A DNA stretch of 32,000 nucleotides, taken from positions 1 through 32,000 of the forward strand of contig NZ_PGGB02000010.1 of NCBI RefSeq assembly GCF_002803295.2. The letters are read 5' to 3'. Position 1 is the stretch's first letter. The number at the start of each line of letters is the position of its first letter. Made by a program: the position numbers and the translations under genes. This document shows positions 19,801-29,753 of this stretch, piece by piece. Below the pieces are notes generated by a model. That model made no database searches, was not told the origin of the DNA, and saw nothing but the letters and a program-made list of their open reading frames with translations. This DNA is from Caedibacter taeniospiralis (GTDB lineage Bacteria > Pseudomonadota > Gammaproteobacteria > Francisellales > Francisellaceae).

Positions 19801-20412
19801 TGACAGTAGATTGGTAAATAGTTGTTTGACATTACTGATATTGTTATCAAGATGAAGCAACAGTTGATAAAAATCCTGATAATAAGGACTCGTATCCGTT
19901 GTGTCAGCAATGAGTTGATCAATGGCTTTTTCATACAAAAGCTCTGGCGAGTCAGTCACTTCGGCGCTAAATGCTTCACCCGTTTCAAAAACAAGCTGTT
20001 TTGATAAGAGCTGACAAAAGGCGTCGATGGTTGTGATGCGTAATCTCTTGGGGTTATTGAGAATTTGCCAATGTTTCATCTGACTTTGTTTGAGTGCTGC
20101 TTGTGCAAGCTCAAAGGTCAGTTTTTTATGTGACTCATCGGAGGCGCGCGTGCTTTTTGCATCCATAAGCGCCTCATAAATTCGATGGTGCATTTCATTG
20201 GCCGCTTTATTGGTAAAGGTTAGCGCGATAATTTCTTCAGGTGCATCGGCATGTGCCAACAGGTTTAAGTAACGCTGTGTCAGAGTTTCTGTTTTGCCAG
20301 AACCAGCGGGTGCTTGAACGATAAAAGATCGACGGGGGTCTAACGCTTGCTTACGCGCGTGAGCATCATCAGGGATCATGGATAAGGCTGCATTTATTAC
20401 ACTAGCCAACAT
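16870..20412 (-). CDS. UvrD/AddA/RecB-like helicase-exonuclease with C-terminal PD-(D/E)XK nuclease domain
   Basis: QAPAGSGKTETLTQRYLNLL (Walker A), IALTFTNKAANEMHHRI, DEFQDTSILQFKLLQML, VVGDPMQSIYRFRQAEV, VSIMTIHKAKGLEFDFVILP, LLYVAVTRAKSKLLL, C-terminal VDYKFT. Confidence 0.92.
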   Translation of the reverse strand: MLASVINAALSMIPDDAHARKQALDPRRSFIVQAPAGSGKTETLTQRYLNLLAHADAPEEIIALTFTNKAANEMHHRIYEALMDAKSTRASDESHKKLTFELAQAALKQSQMKHWQILNNPKRLRITTIDAFCQLLSKQLVFETGEAFSAEVTDSPELLYEKAIDQLIADTTDTSPYYQDFYQLLLHLDNNISNVKQLFTNLLSTREQWLPVLLQSELLYQKDTNTRSTIESGFLALFRALCQKATHLLCLDQKTYSERLGQIIAFCDHQDSNQSTDENLIQSFEDNRNHPYFWQRLIQLLFTSELQFRKTFNARQGLPAKDPTAEAHKKWLLTYIEQFSDKDKLRIYAVISELVLYEKLIFDDNEWQILKAITQISLRLVQYLKLVFKQQGLLDFNEVSLQALSALGNEDSPTELMLYLDHQIRHLLIDEFQDTSILQFKLLQMLTLEWQSDDGKTLFVVGDPMQSIYRFRQAEVNQFLEVKSQGINQIKPKFLQLHCNFRSQKSIVDWVNKSFSQIFPAEDDMNYGGISYAYASTLSETDNQEAVSFSLFSDAQDEAHYIAHKIKHYLQEHSKHHIAILVRTRTQLKTMIPILKAHQIRLVENEIEPFYHQPMVMDLVSLAAILTNPEQEIYWISLLQSSLFGFSLNELNRIKSSDYALLAELPRPLCVHPFTNEGEFDRKPSKDSPLVEGWQPQADGVFLKRVNLQKCETSVKKISMCGREDISFCQQLLTYLCHHQTHAHQQKAHHFLQWLMNMPFTSLRGSLIDRLSILWQRLDGMNIHGAQKSLYTSFLALLDGHLTPDKTSIANMDRLIDTLKRKYISIPSQAQVSIMTIHKAKGLEFDFVILPQLDKGSKGDENPLFLHESVRLNDHKIHLLLSPIKHSWDKSAPALYQVIQNMQKKRAAYEQQRLLYVAVTRAKSKLLLTAITENNSDQLTAKNNSLLALLQPLNFPWKTAPHETQSQQLLQDKVERLACYKPIKQVSHYSISLTDIFPSMMLQDELNHPDMNELIVSEDRQMGSVLHQLFNYLCRNPDHIGDWQAYFSLCAHEYALSGTLKIKALNDARLAVEYTQQHYPWIFSATGMSEQMMLSLNFGKLKKNIADRIIVDNNQYHIVDYKFTSPAFGETLEDFLKVQETHYSEQLKTYQTLLATHLQINKTHIKVSLYFPLIPYIHLL
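18309..18420 (-). repeat. Palindromic element inside the AddA-like ORF, copy of the core between pheS and pheT
   Basis: Shares a 27 nt identical block CCCCGTCAGCCTGCGGCTGCCACCCCT (18312-18338) with 25437-25463, plus AATTCCCCTTCA, GTGAAGGGGTG and CGGGGTAG blocks in the same order. Confidence 0.88.
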
Positions 20413-20431
20413 CCTAGCGGATTCTCGCTAT

Positions 20432-20602
20432 CTATTCATTATTATTGCCGCATTCGTTTTTTAAATGGCGAATTTTCTCGACAGGAATCTGTAATGTCTT
20501 GGCAACCACAGAGATCGGCACGCCCATCTTAAGCATGGTCTCAGCTTCGCTTAACAGTGCGTCTTGTGCTGCATCGTTGTTATCTGTTTGATTGGATTCC
20601 AT
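20432..20602 (-). CDS. 56 aa small protein resembling the C-terminal helical tail of Rpn/PD-(D/E)XK-type transposase proteins
   Basis: Not in the ORF track (under 60 aa). Translation MESNQTDNNDAAQDALLSEAETMLKMGVPISVVAKTLQIPVEKIRHLKNECGNNNE, preceded by AAGGAG 9-10 nt upstream. Confidence 0.55.
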   Translation of the reverse strand: MESNQTDNNDAAQDALLSEAETMLKMGVPISVVAKTLQIPVEKIRHLKNECGNNNE

Positions 20603-20675
20603 TTTAGCTTTCTCCTTACCTTAGAAACTCACTTTATCGTAGCTAAAAACTCACTCAGATGCTAATGGTTTTCAC

Positions 20676-21956
20676 TCAAATTTTACCTGTTTTTTGTAAC
20701 AGGCAATAATAAAAACCATCACCGCCATTTGGTTGTGGCAGGATCTGGTAACCATATTTTTGCTTGATCGTTTTTGCAAGTAATGGAATATCAAGTGCCT
20801 GAAAATATGGATGGGCATCTAGAAATTGTGTGATCTGTTTTTCGTTCTCTTCGGGCAAGATAGAACAGGTTGCGTACAGTAACAATCCATCTGGTTTTAA
20901 CTGAGAGGCTAAATTGTCAAGTATTCGTCCTTGAAGGTTGGCAATTTCTTTTACTTCTTCAGGAGTGCGTAATACCTTAATATCAGGATTGCGGCGTATC
21001 ACTCCCGTAGCACTACAAGGCGCATCCAGTAAAATCTTATCAAATTGAAGTTCTGGGTCTAACTGCCCCGTAGCATCTTGAATAAGCAAATGAATATTGA
21101 GTTTATCCAGTTTCAGACGAATAAGGTTTTCTTTGATGCGCTCAAAGCGCTTAGCATTATTATCCATAATGCTAAGCTCAATCTCAGGGCAAAGCTCCAA
21201 TAAATGCGTGCTTTTACCACCAGGAGCCGCACAGGCGTCAAGGATTTTTTCGGAGGGTTTTGGCTGTAAAATATGAGCCGCAAGCTGCGCTGAGGCATCC
21301 TGGACACTAAAGCACCCTGCAGCAAAAAACGGAAGCTCACTGATGTTTTGTGTTTCAGCCAAGCAAATGCAATAAGGTACCTCCGTGAGTCTATACTGGA
21401 TATTTTTTTGTTTAAAAGCACCACTAAGTTCAGTCTGGCTTCTCTGTTGATTCAAGCGTAAAAAAATAGGAGGCTGACGATTACTATTTTGCGTAATTGC
21501 ATTGATCTCAAGTGGGTAGTGCTTCTTTAACTTTCCATACAACCAGTCGGGTAACTCCTGGAAACTCTCGATGTCAGGTAAGTTCTGCTCATGTGCAATC
21601 TTACGTAAAAGCGCATTAATAAATGTTCTCGTGTTACCAAGGTTAAGTTCATTACAGGCATTAACGGTTTCATTAATCGCGGCATGTATTGGCTTGCGCA
21701 TAAAGAGAATCTGGTATATTCCAATGAGTGCCAGCACACGCACCTGTGCTTTGGTTTTCCCTTTTGCCCATTGATCAAAAAGGTGGTTAAGATAGAAAAA
21801 ATGGCGAAAAACTCCATAACATATGGCATAGACTAAGCGGCGATTTTGCTCACTTAAGGAATAGGCGTTTAAGCGAGTATCAAGATGTGCCAAAGAGTCT
21901 TTGTTTTGCATGATCTGATGAATGATATGGCAAGCAATAGCGCGTGGATTTTCCAT
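20676..21956 (-). CDS. rsmB: 16S rRNA (cytosine(967)-C(5))-methyltransferase RsmB
   Basis: NusB-like N-terminus; LDACAAPGGKSTHLLEL, LLDAPCSATGVIRRNPDIK, YATCSILPEENEKQI. Confidence 0.96.
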   Translation of the reverse strand: MENPRAIACHIIHQIMQNKDSLAHLDTRLNAYSLSEQNRRLVYAICYGVFRHFFYLNHLFDQWAKGKTKAQVRVLALIGIYQILFMRKPIHAAINETVNACNELNLGNTRTFINALLRKIAHEQNLPDIESFQELPDWLYGKLKKHYPLEINAITQNSNRQPPIFLRLNQQRSQTELSGAFKQKNIQYRLTEVPYCICLAETQNISELPFFAAGCFSVQDASAQLAAHILQPKPSEKILDACAAPGGKSTHLLELCPEIELSIMDNNAKRFERIKENLIRLKLDKLNIHLLIQDATGQLDPELQFDKILLDAPCSATGVIRRNPDIKVLRTPEEVKEIANLQGRILDNLASQLKPDGLLLYATCSILPEENEKQITQFLDAHPYFQALDIPLLAKTIKQKYGYQILPQPNGGDGFYYCLLQKTGKI

Positions 21957-21980
21957 GAGTTATTATCCATTATTACTGGA

Positions 21981-22076
21981 GTTACGCACTTTTGCTGCAC
22001 TACCCCCACCTCGCTTGCCTGACCACTACTGGAGTGGTCAGGCGGGGTAGTTAAAAAATCAGTAAAAGTACGTAAC
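21981..22076. repeat. Nested palindromic element (outer IR GTTACGYACTTTTRCTG, inner ACTACCCC..GGGGTAGT)
   Basis: Outer arms 21981-21997 and 22060-22076 (15/17 complementary); inner arms 21999-22006/22044-22051; central hairpin CCTGACCACT (22018-22027)/AGTGGTCAGG (22033-22042). Confidence 0.85.
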
Positions 22077-22095
22077 TTCAGATTGTTAGAAAAAG

Positions 22096-22902
22096 TTAGC
22101 CTTGCTCAGAAGGGATCAGGTGAGGTGCTAAAAACTTAGTGAGTTTGGAAACAATTCTTGGATTGCCGCCGATTAACCGACCATCTTCAAGAAAATTAAC
22201 GCCACCATCTAAGCCACAAAGCATACCACCTGCTTCTTTAATCACAAGGGCAGCCCCTGCGGTATCCCAGATTTTAGCATCTCGAGATGTCCAGACAGCA
22301 TCCAGAAATCCTGCGGCAACATAACACATATCAAGAGCCAAAGAGCCTGAATAACGCAGTCCTGATATTTCCTTATGCAGATCAAGCACGGCTTCTGGGT
22401 AAGTGTGAGCAAATACTTTCTTACTAAACTTTAGCGCGCCTGAAAACAGGCAACCCGTAAACTCCTTGCGATTAGCAACACGAATACGCTGACCGTTTAA
22501 CTGTGCCCCTGAGCCTTTAGTTGCGGTAAAAAGCTGATCCAGGTATGGGTTGTAAATAACAGCAAGTTCTGTTTTGCCACGAAACTGCATGGCAATAGAC
22601 ACACAATGGTGCGGAATGCCGTGAATAAAGTTATTTGTCCCATCAATGGGGTCAATAATCCAGGTATGATCACTATCTTCATTGCCAAATTCCCCTGCTT
22701 CTTCGGTAATGTAATATTGATCAGGAAAAGCACGCTCTAATGTATCAACGATTGTTTTTTCAACCTCGATATCAATATTGGTAACGTAATTATTAGGGGA
22801 CTTGGTCTCAATTTTCACAGTTTGCATGTTTTCATTTGCGTTTAAAATCATACGCCCCGCTTTACGCGCCGCCTTAACTGCAACATTCATCATTGGATGC
22901 AT
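22096..22902 (-). CDS. suhB: Inositol monophosphatase family protein SuhB
   Basis: WIIDPIDGTNNFIHGIPHHCVSIA and AKIWDTAGAALVIKEAGG. Confidence 0.93.
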   Translation of the reverse strand: MHPMMNVAVKAARKAGRMILNANENMQTVKIETKSPNNYVTNIDIEVEKTIVDTLERAFPDQYYITEEAGEFGNEDSDHTWIIDPIDGTNNFIHGIPHHCVSIAMQFRGKTELAVIYNPYLDQLFTATKGSGAQLNGQRIRVANRKEFTGCLFSGALKFSKKVFAHTYPEAVLDLHKEISGLRYSGSLALDMCYVAAGFLDAVWTSRDAKIWDTAGAALVIKEAGGMLCGLDGGVNFLEDGRLIGGNPRIVSKLTKFLAPHLIPSEQG

Positions 22903-22988
22903 TGAAATACCTTCTGCTTTTTGCTCGACTAAAAAATTAGTTGTGTATAATACCCCATTTACATATAAGGTGATAGTTTCTATTTAAG

Positions 22989-23716
22989 ATGTTAAATAAA
23001 ATCCGAATGGTGCTCGTTGAAACGTCGCACCCTGGCAATATTGGCTCTAGTGCACGAGCCATGTTAAATATGGCGCTAACCGAACTTTATTTAGTCAATC
23101 CAAAACATGTGCCTGATGAAGACGCTTTGGCAACGGCCGCGCATGCAGCTGAGATTGTTAAAAATGCCAACATTGTGCCAACCCTGATAGAGGCTTTAAA
23201 TGGGGTGGATTTAGTCATTGGCACCAGCGCAAGAGTAAGACGCATGAGTTTACCGATGTTAAGTGTTGAAAACGCAAGTAAAGAAGCCCTTCGGTATGCC
23301 AATCAAGGTTTGACTGTGGCCATATTATTTGGTCGTGAGCGTACGGGACTTTTTAACGATGAGCTTTTGATGTGTCATTATCACGCATATATCCCAAGCA
23401 ATGAATCCTACACTTCATTGAATCTGGCGCAAGCCGTGCAGATTGTAAGCTATGAGCTCTTTAAACATTTCCAGGCATATGAAGCAGGACTGATGCTGCC
23501 CAGACAGAATCGAGTGCATGAAAAAGCTTCAATTGAAGAAATTCAAAATTTGTATAGGATGCTTGAGGATAAAATGTTTGAGGTGGGGTTTTTAAATCCA
23601 GACAGGTCAGAGCATGTGATGAACAGGCTTAAGCGGATGTTTCAGCGGACTCAGTTAGAATCAAAGGAAGTCAATATTCTACAAGGCTTTTTAAGTCAGA
23701 TCACAAAGGAAAATCA

Positions 23717-23720
<4 letters not shown>
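22989..23720 (+). CDS. trmJ: tRNA (cytidine/uridine-2'-O-)-methyltransferase TrmJ
   Basis: [76 protein letters not shown]; divergent from suhB. Confidence 0.94.
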
Positions 23721-25361
<1,641 letters not shown>

Positions 25362-25399
25362 TAACCAAAGTTATGGACTTTTGCGAATTGAATAAACAC

Positions 25400-25567
25400 C
25401 AATGGCACTACCTTAAGCAGTCTTAATGAGAAACTACCCCGTCAGCCTGCGGCTGCCACCCCTTCGCTAACGAAGGGGAATTACACATATGCCACAATTC
25501 CCCTTCACTCGTGAAGGGGTGCCGAGCTTGCGAGGCGGGGTAGTGACTGCTTAAGGTAGCGCCATTG
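25400..25567. mobile_element. 168 bp non-coding palindromic MITE-like insertion between pheS and pheT
   Basis: Outer arms CAATGGCACTACCTTAAGCAGTC / GACTGCTTAAGGTAGCGCCATTG (22/23 complementary), flanked by direct repeat GAATAAACAC at 25390-25399 and 25568-25577; inner core CTACCCC (25434-25440)...GGGGTAG (25537-25543). Confidence 0.88.
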
Positions 25568-25590
25568 GAATAAACACAGGGTAATAACAA

Positions 25591-27969
25591 ATGAAATTTA
25601 GTCATCGTTGGTTGGAAAGTTATCTGGATCAAACACTTGATATTGATGTATTAAGCGAAAAATTAACAGCAGCAGGTTTAGAGGTTGATTCAATTGAGGC
25701 AGTGGCGCCTGAATTTAACGGGGTTGTCGTCGGTGAAATCAAGAAAATTGATAAACATCCTGATGCGGATAAATTGAATATATGTCAAGTGGATGTCGGT
25801 GACGACGAGTTATTGACGATCGTCTGTGGTGCACCCAATGTGTACTCTGGAATGAAAGCACCTGTTGCCAAAATTGGTGCCTCTTTACCTTATGACTTTA
25901 AAATTAAAAAAAGCACCCTTCGAGCTCAGGAATCCTATGGCATGATGTGCTCACAAAAGGAGTTAGGACTTAGCGAAGAAAATGAGGGGCTGATGGATTT
26001 GCCTCAGGATGCTCGAGTTGGTGAGGATATTCGCGACTATCTTCAGCTGGATGATCATGTGATTGAAGTAGATTTAACGCCAAATCGCGCGGATTGTTCA
26101 AGTGTATATGGTATCGCCAGAGAAGTTTCAGCATTGACCGAAGCCAAACTTTTGCCATTGACAGAAATTAAGCTAACAGCAACTAAAAAAGCGGATAAAC
26201 AAGTTATCAGTGAAACACCTGAAAACTGCCCACGATACTTTGGACAAACGATTTATAACATCAATGCCAAAGTGCAAACCCCGCTGTGGATGAAAGAACG
26301 TTTACGTCGTTCAGGGCTGAGATCCATTTCAGCGATCGTTGATATTACTAATTATGTATTGCTTGAATTAGGACAACCTATGCACGCCTTTGATGCAGAT
26401 AAAGTGGGCAGCAGTATTTATGCGCGTATGGCAAAAGACAACGAAAAAATCACCCTGCTTGATGAAACCGAAATAACGCTTAAACCAGGTACGCTGGTGA
26501 TTGCTGATGCGCATCATGCTCTGGCAATTGCTGGAGTTATAGGGGGGCTTAATTCGGCTGTTACTACTGAAACCCGCAATATTTTTTTGGAAAGTGCCTA
26601 TTTTGCGCCAGTTGCCATTGCAGGCAAAGCTCGTCAATACGGTTTACATACGGATTCGTCACACAGATTTGAACGTGGTGTTGATCCCAAACTCTGTCAA
26701 TATGCGATTGATTATGCAGCAGCATTAGTCGTTGAAATTGCAGGTGGTGAGCTTGGTGAGATTGTTTGTGCTGATCATTATGATGAAATTGCGCTTGAGA
26801 TACCGCTTCGTTTAAGTAAGTTAAATTCTATTTTAGGCATGAACTTTTCAGCAGACTTTGTAGAAGCAGTGCTTACTGCACTTAAGATGAGCCTTACTCG
26901 AGTGACTGCCAATGGCGATGTGATCTGGCAGGTGAGCGCCCCCAGTTATCGCTTTGATATGATAATCGAAGAAGATTTGATTGAAGAGGTGGGGCGCATC
27001 TATGGCTATCAAAATTTACCCATGAATCTACCTCAAATGTCATTGATGCCACAGCATGTCTCTGAGCAGACGATCGCATTAGCGACACTTAAAAGCACGC
27101 TGGTAAATCGTGGCTACCATGAAGTGATCAACTATAGTTTTATCGATCCTAAGCTTGATGAGCTGTTTTTTGGCATGGCTGGACTTTCTTTGCAAAACCC
27201 GATTTCGCAGGATATGTCTATTATGCGTCAAGGTTTAATTCCGAGTTTAGTCAGCACATTTAAAACCAATTTAAATCGCCAGCAGTCACGTATTCGTATT
27301 TTTGAGGAGGGGGTGTGTTTTCAACCTGCTGAAAAATTGGCGCATGAGTATTCCCATTTTGCAGGTCTTGCCTATGGCAGTATTAACCCTCTTAACTGGC
27401 AGGAGAAGTCGATCAGTGACTTTTATTCGGTGAAGGCGGATGTTGAAGCCTTATTGCAATTGAATAAACATGCCATTCATTATATCCCGTGTGAAGACAT
27501 TGACTGGCTGCATCCAGGACAATCTGCCTACATATATCAAAGTGGAGAGAAGGTGGGCGTAATCGGCGCGCTGCATCCTAATGTCATGAGCGTGTTGCAG
27601 ATTAAAGGAAAAGCGCCGATTGTGTTTGAATTGCAGACGAGTAAAATCTCTAACAAACATATCGCGAAATTTATGGCAATTTCTAAATATCCATCGGTTT
27701 CCAGAGACATTGCTGTGACTGTTGATCGCCATACCACCGCGCAAAGCTTGGTTGATGCTGTCAACAAAGCCGATGTGCAGCAATTGAATCAAGTCGATCT
27801 TTTTGATGTTTATCAAGGTGATAATTTACCTGAAAATAAAAAGAGTATTGCGTTGAATTTGACTTTCCAGGACAACACAAAAACCTTGACGGATGAAGTG
27901 ATGAGTGAAGTCATGGCAAAGATTCTCACTTCGCTGAAAACCCATGCCAATGCGAGCTTGCGTGAGTAA
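25591..27969 (+). CDS. pheT: Phenylalanine--tRNA ligase beta subunit
   Basis: MKFSHRWLESYLDQTLDIDVLSEKLTAAGLEVDSIE; tRNA-binding domain, B3/B4, B5 and C-terminal anticodon-binding domain all recognisable across 792 aa. Confidence 0.97.
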   Translation: MKFSHRWLESYLDQTLDIDVLSEKLTAAGLEVDSIEAVAPEFNGVVVGEIKKIDKHPDADKLNICQVDVGDDELLTIVCGAPNVYSGMKAPVAKIGASLPYDFKIKKSTLRAQESYGMMCSQKELGLSEENEGLMDLPQDARVGEDIRDYLQLDDHVIEVDLTPNRADCSSVYGIAREVSALTEAKLLPLTEIKLTATKKADKQVISETPENCPRYFGQTIYNINAKVQTPLWMKERLRRSGLRSISAIVDITNYVLLELGQPMHAFDADKVGSSIYARMAKDNEKITLLDETEITLKPGTLVIADAHHALAIAGVIGGLNSAVTTETRNIFLESAYFAPVAIAGKARQYGLHTDSSHRFERGVDPKLCQYAIDYAAALVVEIAGGELGEIVCADHYDEIALEIPLRLSKLNSILGMNFSADFVEAVLTALKMSLTRVTANGDVIWQVSAPSYRFDMIIEEDLIEEVGRIYGYQNLPMNLPQMSLMPQHVSEQTIALATLKSTLVNRGYHEVINYSFIDPKLDELFFGMAGLSLQNPISQDMSIMRQGLIPSLVSTFKTNLNRQQSRIRIFEEGVCFQPAEKLAHEYSHFAGLAYGSINPLNWQEKSISDFYSVKADVEALLQLNKHAIHYIPCEDIDWLHPGQSAYIYQSGEKVGVIGALHPNVMSVLQIKGKAPIVFELQTSKISNKHIAKFMAISKYPSVSRDIAVTVDRHTTAQSLVDAVNKADVQQLNQVDLFDVYQGDNLPENKKSIALNLTFQDNTKTLTDEVMSEVMAKILTSLKTHANASLRE

Positions 27970-27974
27970 ATAAG

Positions 27975-28394
27975 ATGCTGGATGTACAATTTATAGAAAA
28001 ATGCAATGCAACTTTGATCGAAGCCTATCGCCTGTTAGGGGAAAGCGAGTCAGAAGGCGTTCACTATGATCTGTATCTCTCGGCAATTATCAAAGAGTTT
28101 GAAATACTGCTTGAACAGTGCGGAAAGTTATTGAAGAAAGCCCTGGTTCCTTACTTTCACTCAAAAAAGGCTGTGGATCAGTTGACTTTTAAAGATATTT
28201 TTAGATACACAGGTAACTATGGGCTATTAAGTACAGATGAAATTGAACGCTGGTTAAACTATCGAGATAACCGAAATCTCACGGCGCATGATTACGGCTT
28301 TGATTTAGCAGAGGAAACTTTGCCACTTATCCCCATGTTTATCGAAGATGTGAAACGTTTAATTAAAATGCTTAGGGCACAAAATGCTTCTTAG
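27975..28394 (+). CDS. HEPN-domain protein (HI0074/HepT-like), toxin candidate
   Basis: 139 aa helical protein with RNLTAHDY matching the HEPN RX4HXY motif; directly upstream of an MNT gene with 11 nt overlap. Confidence 0.88.
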   Translation: MLDVQFIEKCNATLIEAYRLLGESESEGVHYDLYLSAIIKEFEILLEQCGKLLKKALVPYFHSKKAVDQLTFKDIFRYTGNYGLLSTDEIERWLNYRDNRNLTAHDYGFDLAEETLPLIPMFIEDVKRLIKMLRAQNAS

Positions 28395-28695
28395 GGATAA
28401 AGATAGAGAGTTACTGATAGCGCTTGCAGTGAAAACGCTCAAAACGCCTTGTGAGATTTGGGTCTATGGCAGTCGCGTTGACGGCTCAGCACACGATGGC
28501 AGTGATTTGGATCTTGTAATTAGGACGAAAAATCTCGCTCCCTTGAACGCGCTAATGTTGCAGGCATTTAAAGACGCAATACAAACTTCAAATATTCCCA
28601 TCCTGGTGCAAGTTCTGGATTGGGCACGAATTCCTCAAAGTTTTCATAGCAACATCTTAAAAAACTACGCTGTTTTAAAGCCACTTAATAGTTAG
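28384..28695 (+). CDS. MNT-type minimal nucleotidyltransferase (HI0073/MntA-like), antitoxin candidate
   Basis: 103 aa with GSRVDGSAHDGSDLDLVI matching GSX10DXD. Confidence 0.9.
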   Translation: MLLRDKDRELLIALAVKTLKTPCEIWVYGSRVDGSAHDGSDLDLVIRTKNLAPLNALMLQAFKDAIQTSNIPILVQVLDWARIPQSFHSNILKNYAVLKPLNS

Positions 28696-28805
28696 TCATC
28701 ATCACCCCTCCCCCTTGTGGGAGAGGTCGAATTTCTAGGTCATGGACCATATTCCCGCCCATCGCTACCCTGTGCGAGATTGCAGGAGTCATTTCAAAGC
28801 TGGAC

Positions 28806-28822
28806 TTCCGCCTTCGCGGGAA
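28806..28822. repeat. Small palindromic repeat TTCCGCCTTCGCGGGAA
   Basis: Imperfect hairpin resembling the common bacterial TTCCCGCCTTCGCGGGAA-type repeat; downstream of the MNT gene. Confidence 0.5.
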
Positions 28823-28891
28823 TAACAGCGCCCATTTTGTTTGGGTGAAGATTTGTTCTAAGCCAATTTCTATGCATGCGGGTGAAGATAG

Positions 28892-29539
28892 TTAAACCTT
28901 TCTGGAGCTTTTGTCACTTAATTGCATCTCAAGTGCGTTTGCCCACAGGTAACTAAAAACACCGATGTAAACACCACCCAAAACATCACCAAGATAATGC
29001 TCTGTACTTAATATTCGGCTAATGGTAATGACAAGCGCAAGAGCGATACACAGGATGGTTATTTTCTTATTCTGTATAAGCTCGGTAAGTCCCAGTAATC
29101 CAGCAAAAGCCAGTGTAGCATGCCCTGAAGGAAAACTGTTAAATAAGCGCTTGTGTGAAAACCAGTGAAAACCATAGAGTCCTTCTTGCAGAAAGAGCTC
29201 AGGACGATAGCGTGCCAGGGTGACTTTAATAACCGTTGCCACCCCAAGAGCAAGAAATAAACTCAGCGCCCAGATAGCTAAGCGGGGGTTTAGCTTCTGG
29301 CGCCACTTTTGCCAGATACACACAATCGATAGAATAACAAATAGCACAAGCCAGTGATCAGGATCAAAAACAGTGGAGATAAAATTTGCGAGTTTAACGA
29401 CAGCTGTATACTGAAGCTCATGATAAGCCGTAATCGCCAGAGGGCGGTCCAGGTAAACATAACATAAAGTTAAAACTGCCAGGGTGATAATTCCGTAAGA
29501 AAGTGTTTGTTTAAGAAGCGTTCTGATATTCGTCATCAT
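28892..29539 (-). CDS. PAP2-superfamily membrane phosphatase
   Basis: KVTLARYRPE, PSGHATLAF and SRILSTEHYLGD match the three acid phosphatase motifs; start trimmed to MMTNIRTLLKQ because the upstream ORF part is repeat-derived. Confidence 0.9.
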   Translation of the reverse strand: MMTNIRTLLKQTLSYGIITLAVLTLCYVYLDRPLAITAYHELQYTAVVKLANFISTVFDPDHWLVLFVILSIVCIWQKWRQKLNPRLAIWALSLFLALGVATVIKVTLARYRPELFLQEGLYGFHWFSHKRLFNSFPSGHATLAFAGLLGLTELIQNKKITILCIALALVITISRILSTEHYLGDVLGGVYIGVFSYLWANALEMQLSDKSSRKV

Positions 29540-29633
29540 TGCATTGTTATCTAAGAAGTAGGTGTAAAAAGCGTAACTTTTTTTACGAGTTGAGAAAAGA
29601 GAAATTACACTAAATCGGGTTTTGTCGCACACT

Positions 29634-29704
29634 ATATCTTCGCCCATGATGGCGTATTGCGTAGGGGCGTATTGCATACGCCCTTCTAAAATGGGCGGAA
29701 ATTC
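29634..29704 (-). repeat. 71 bp MITE-like palindromic element, copy 2
   Basis: Reverse complement GAATTTCCGCCCATTTTAGAAGGGCGTATGCAATACGCCCCTACGCAATACGCCATCATGGGCGAAGATAT aligns over its full 71 nt with 15737..15807. Confidence 0.87.
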
Positions 29705-29753
29705 AGGTAAAACCCTGATCTATTTGAAGAATGGCGTATTAGTCAGGATTGGA

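Noticed and set aside
25423-25632. ORF 25423..25632 (-)
   Set aside because: It spans the palindromic element between pheS and pheT and overlaps the pheT start. Useful for frame comparison with the in-gene copy, but unlikely to be a real gene.
27451-27816. ORF 27451..27816 (-) and other antisense ORFs within pheT, pheS, lptD and rnhB
   Set aside because: They lie wholly inside strongly supported genes on the opposite strand and show no domain signatures.
29540-29677. N-terminal extension of the PAP2 ORF (MQYAPTQYAIMGEDIV...)
   Set aside because: The first part is encoded by the 71 bp repeat; the membrane protein most likely starts at MMTN (29539).
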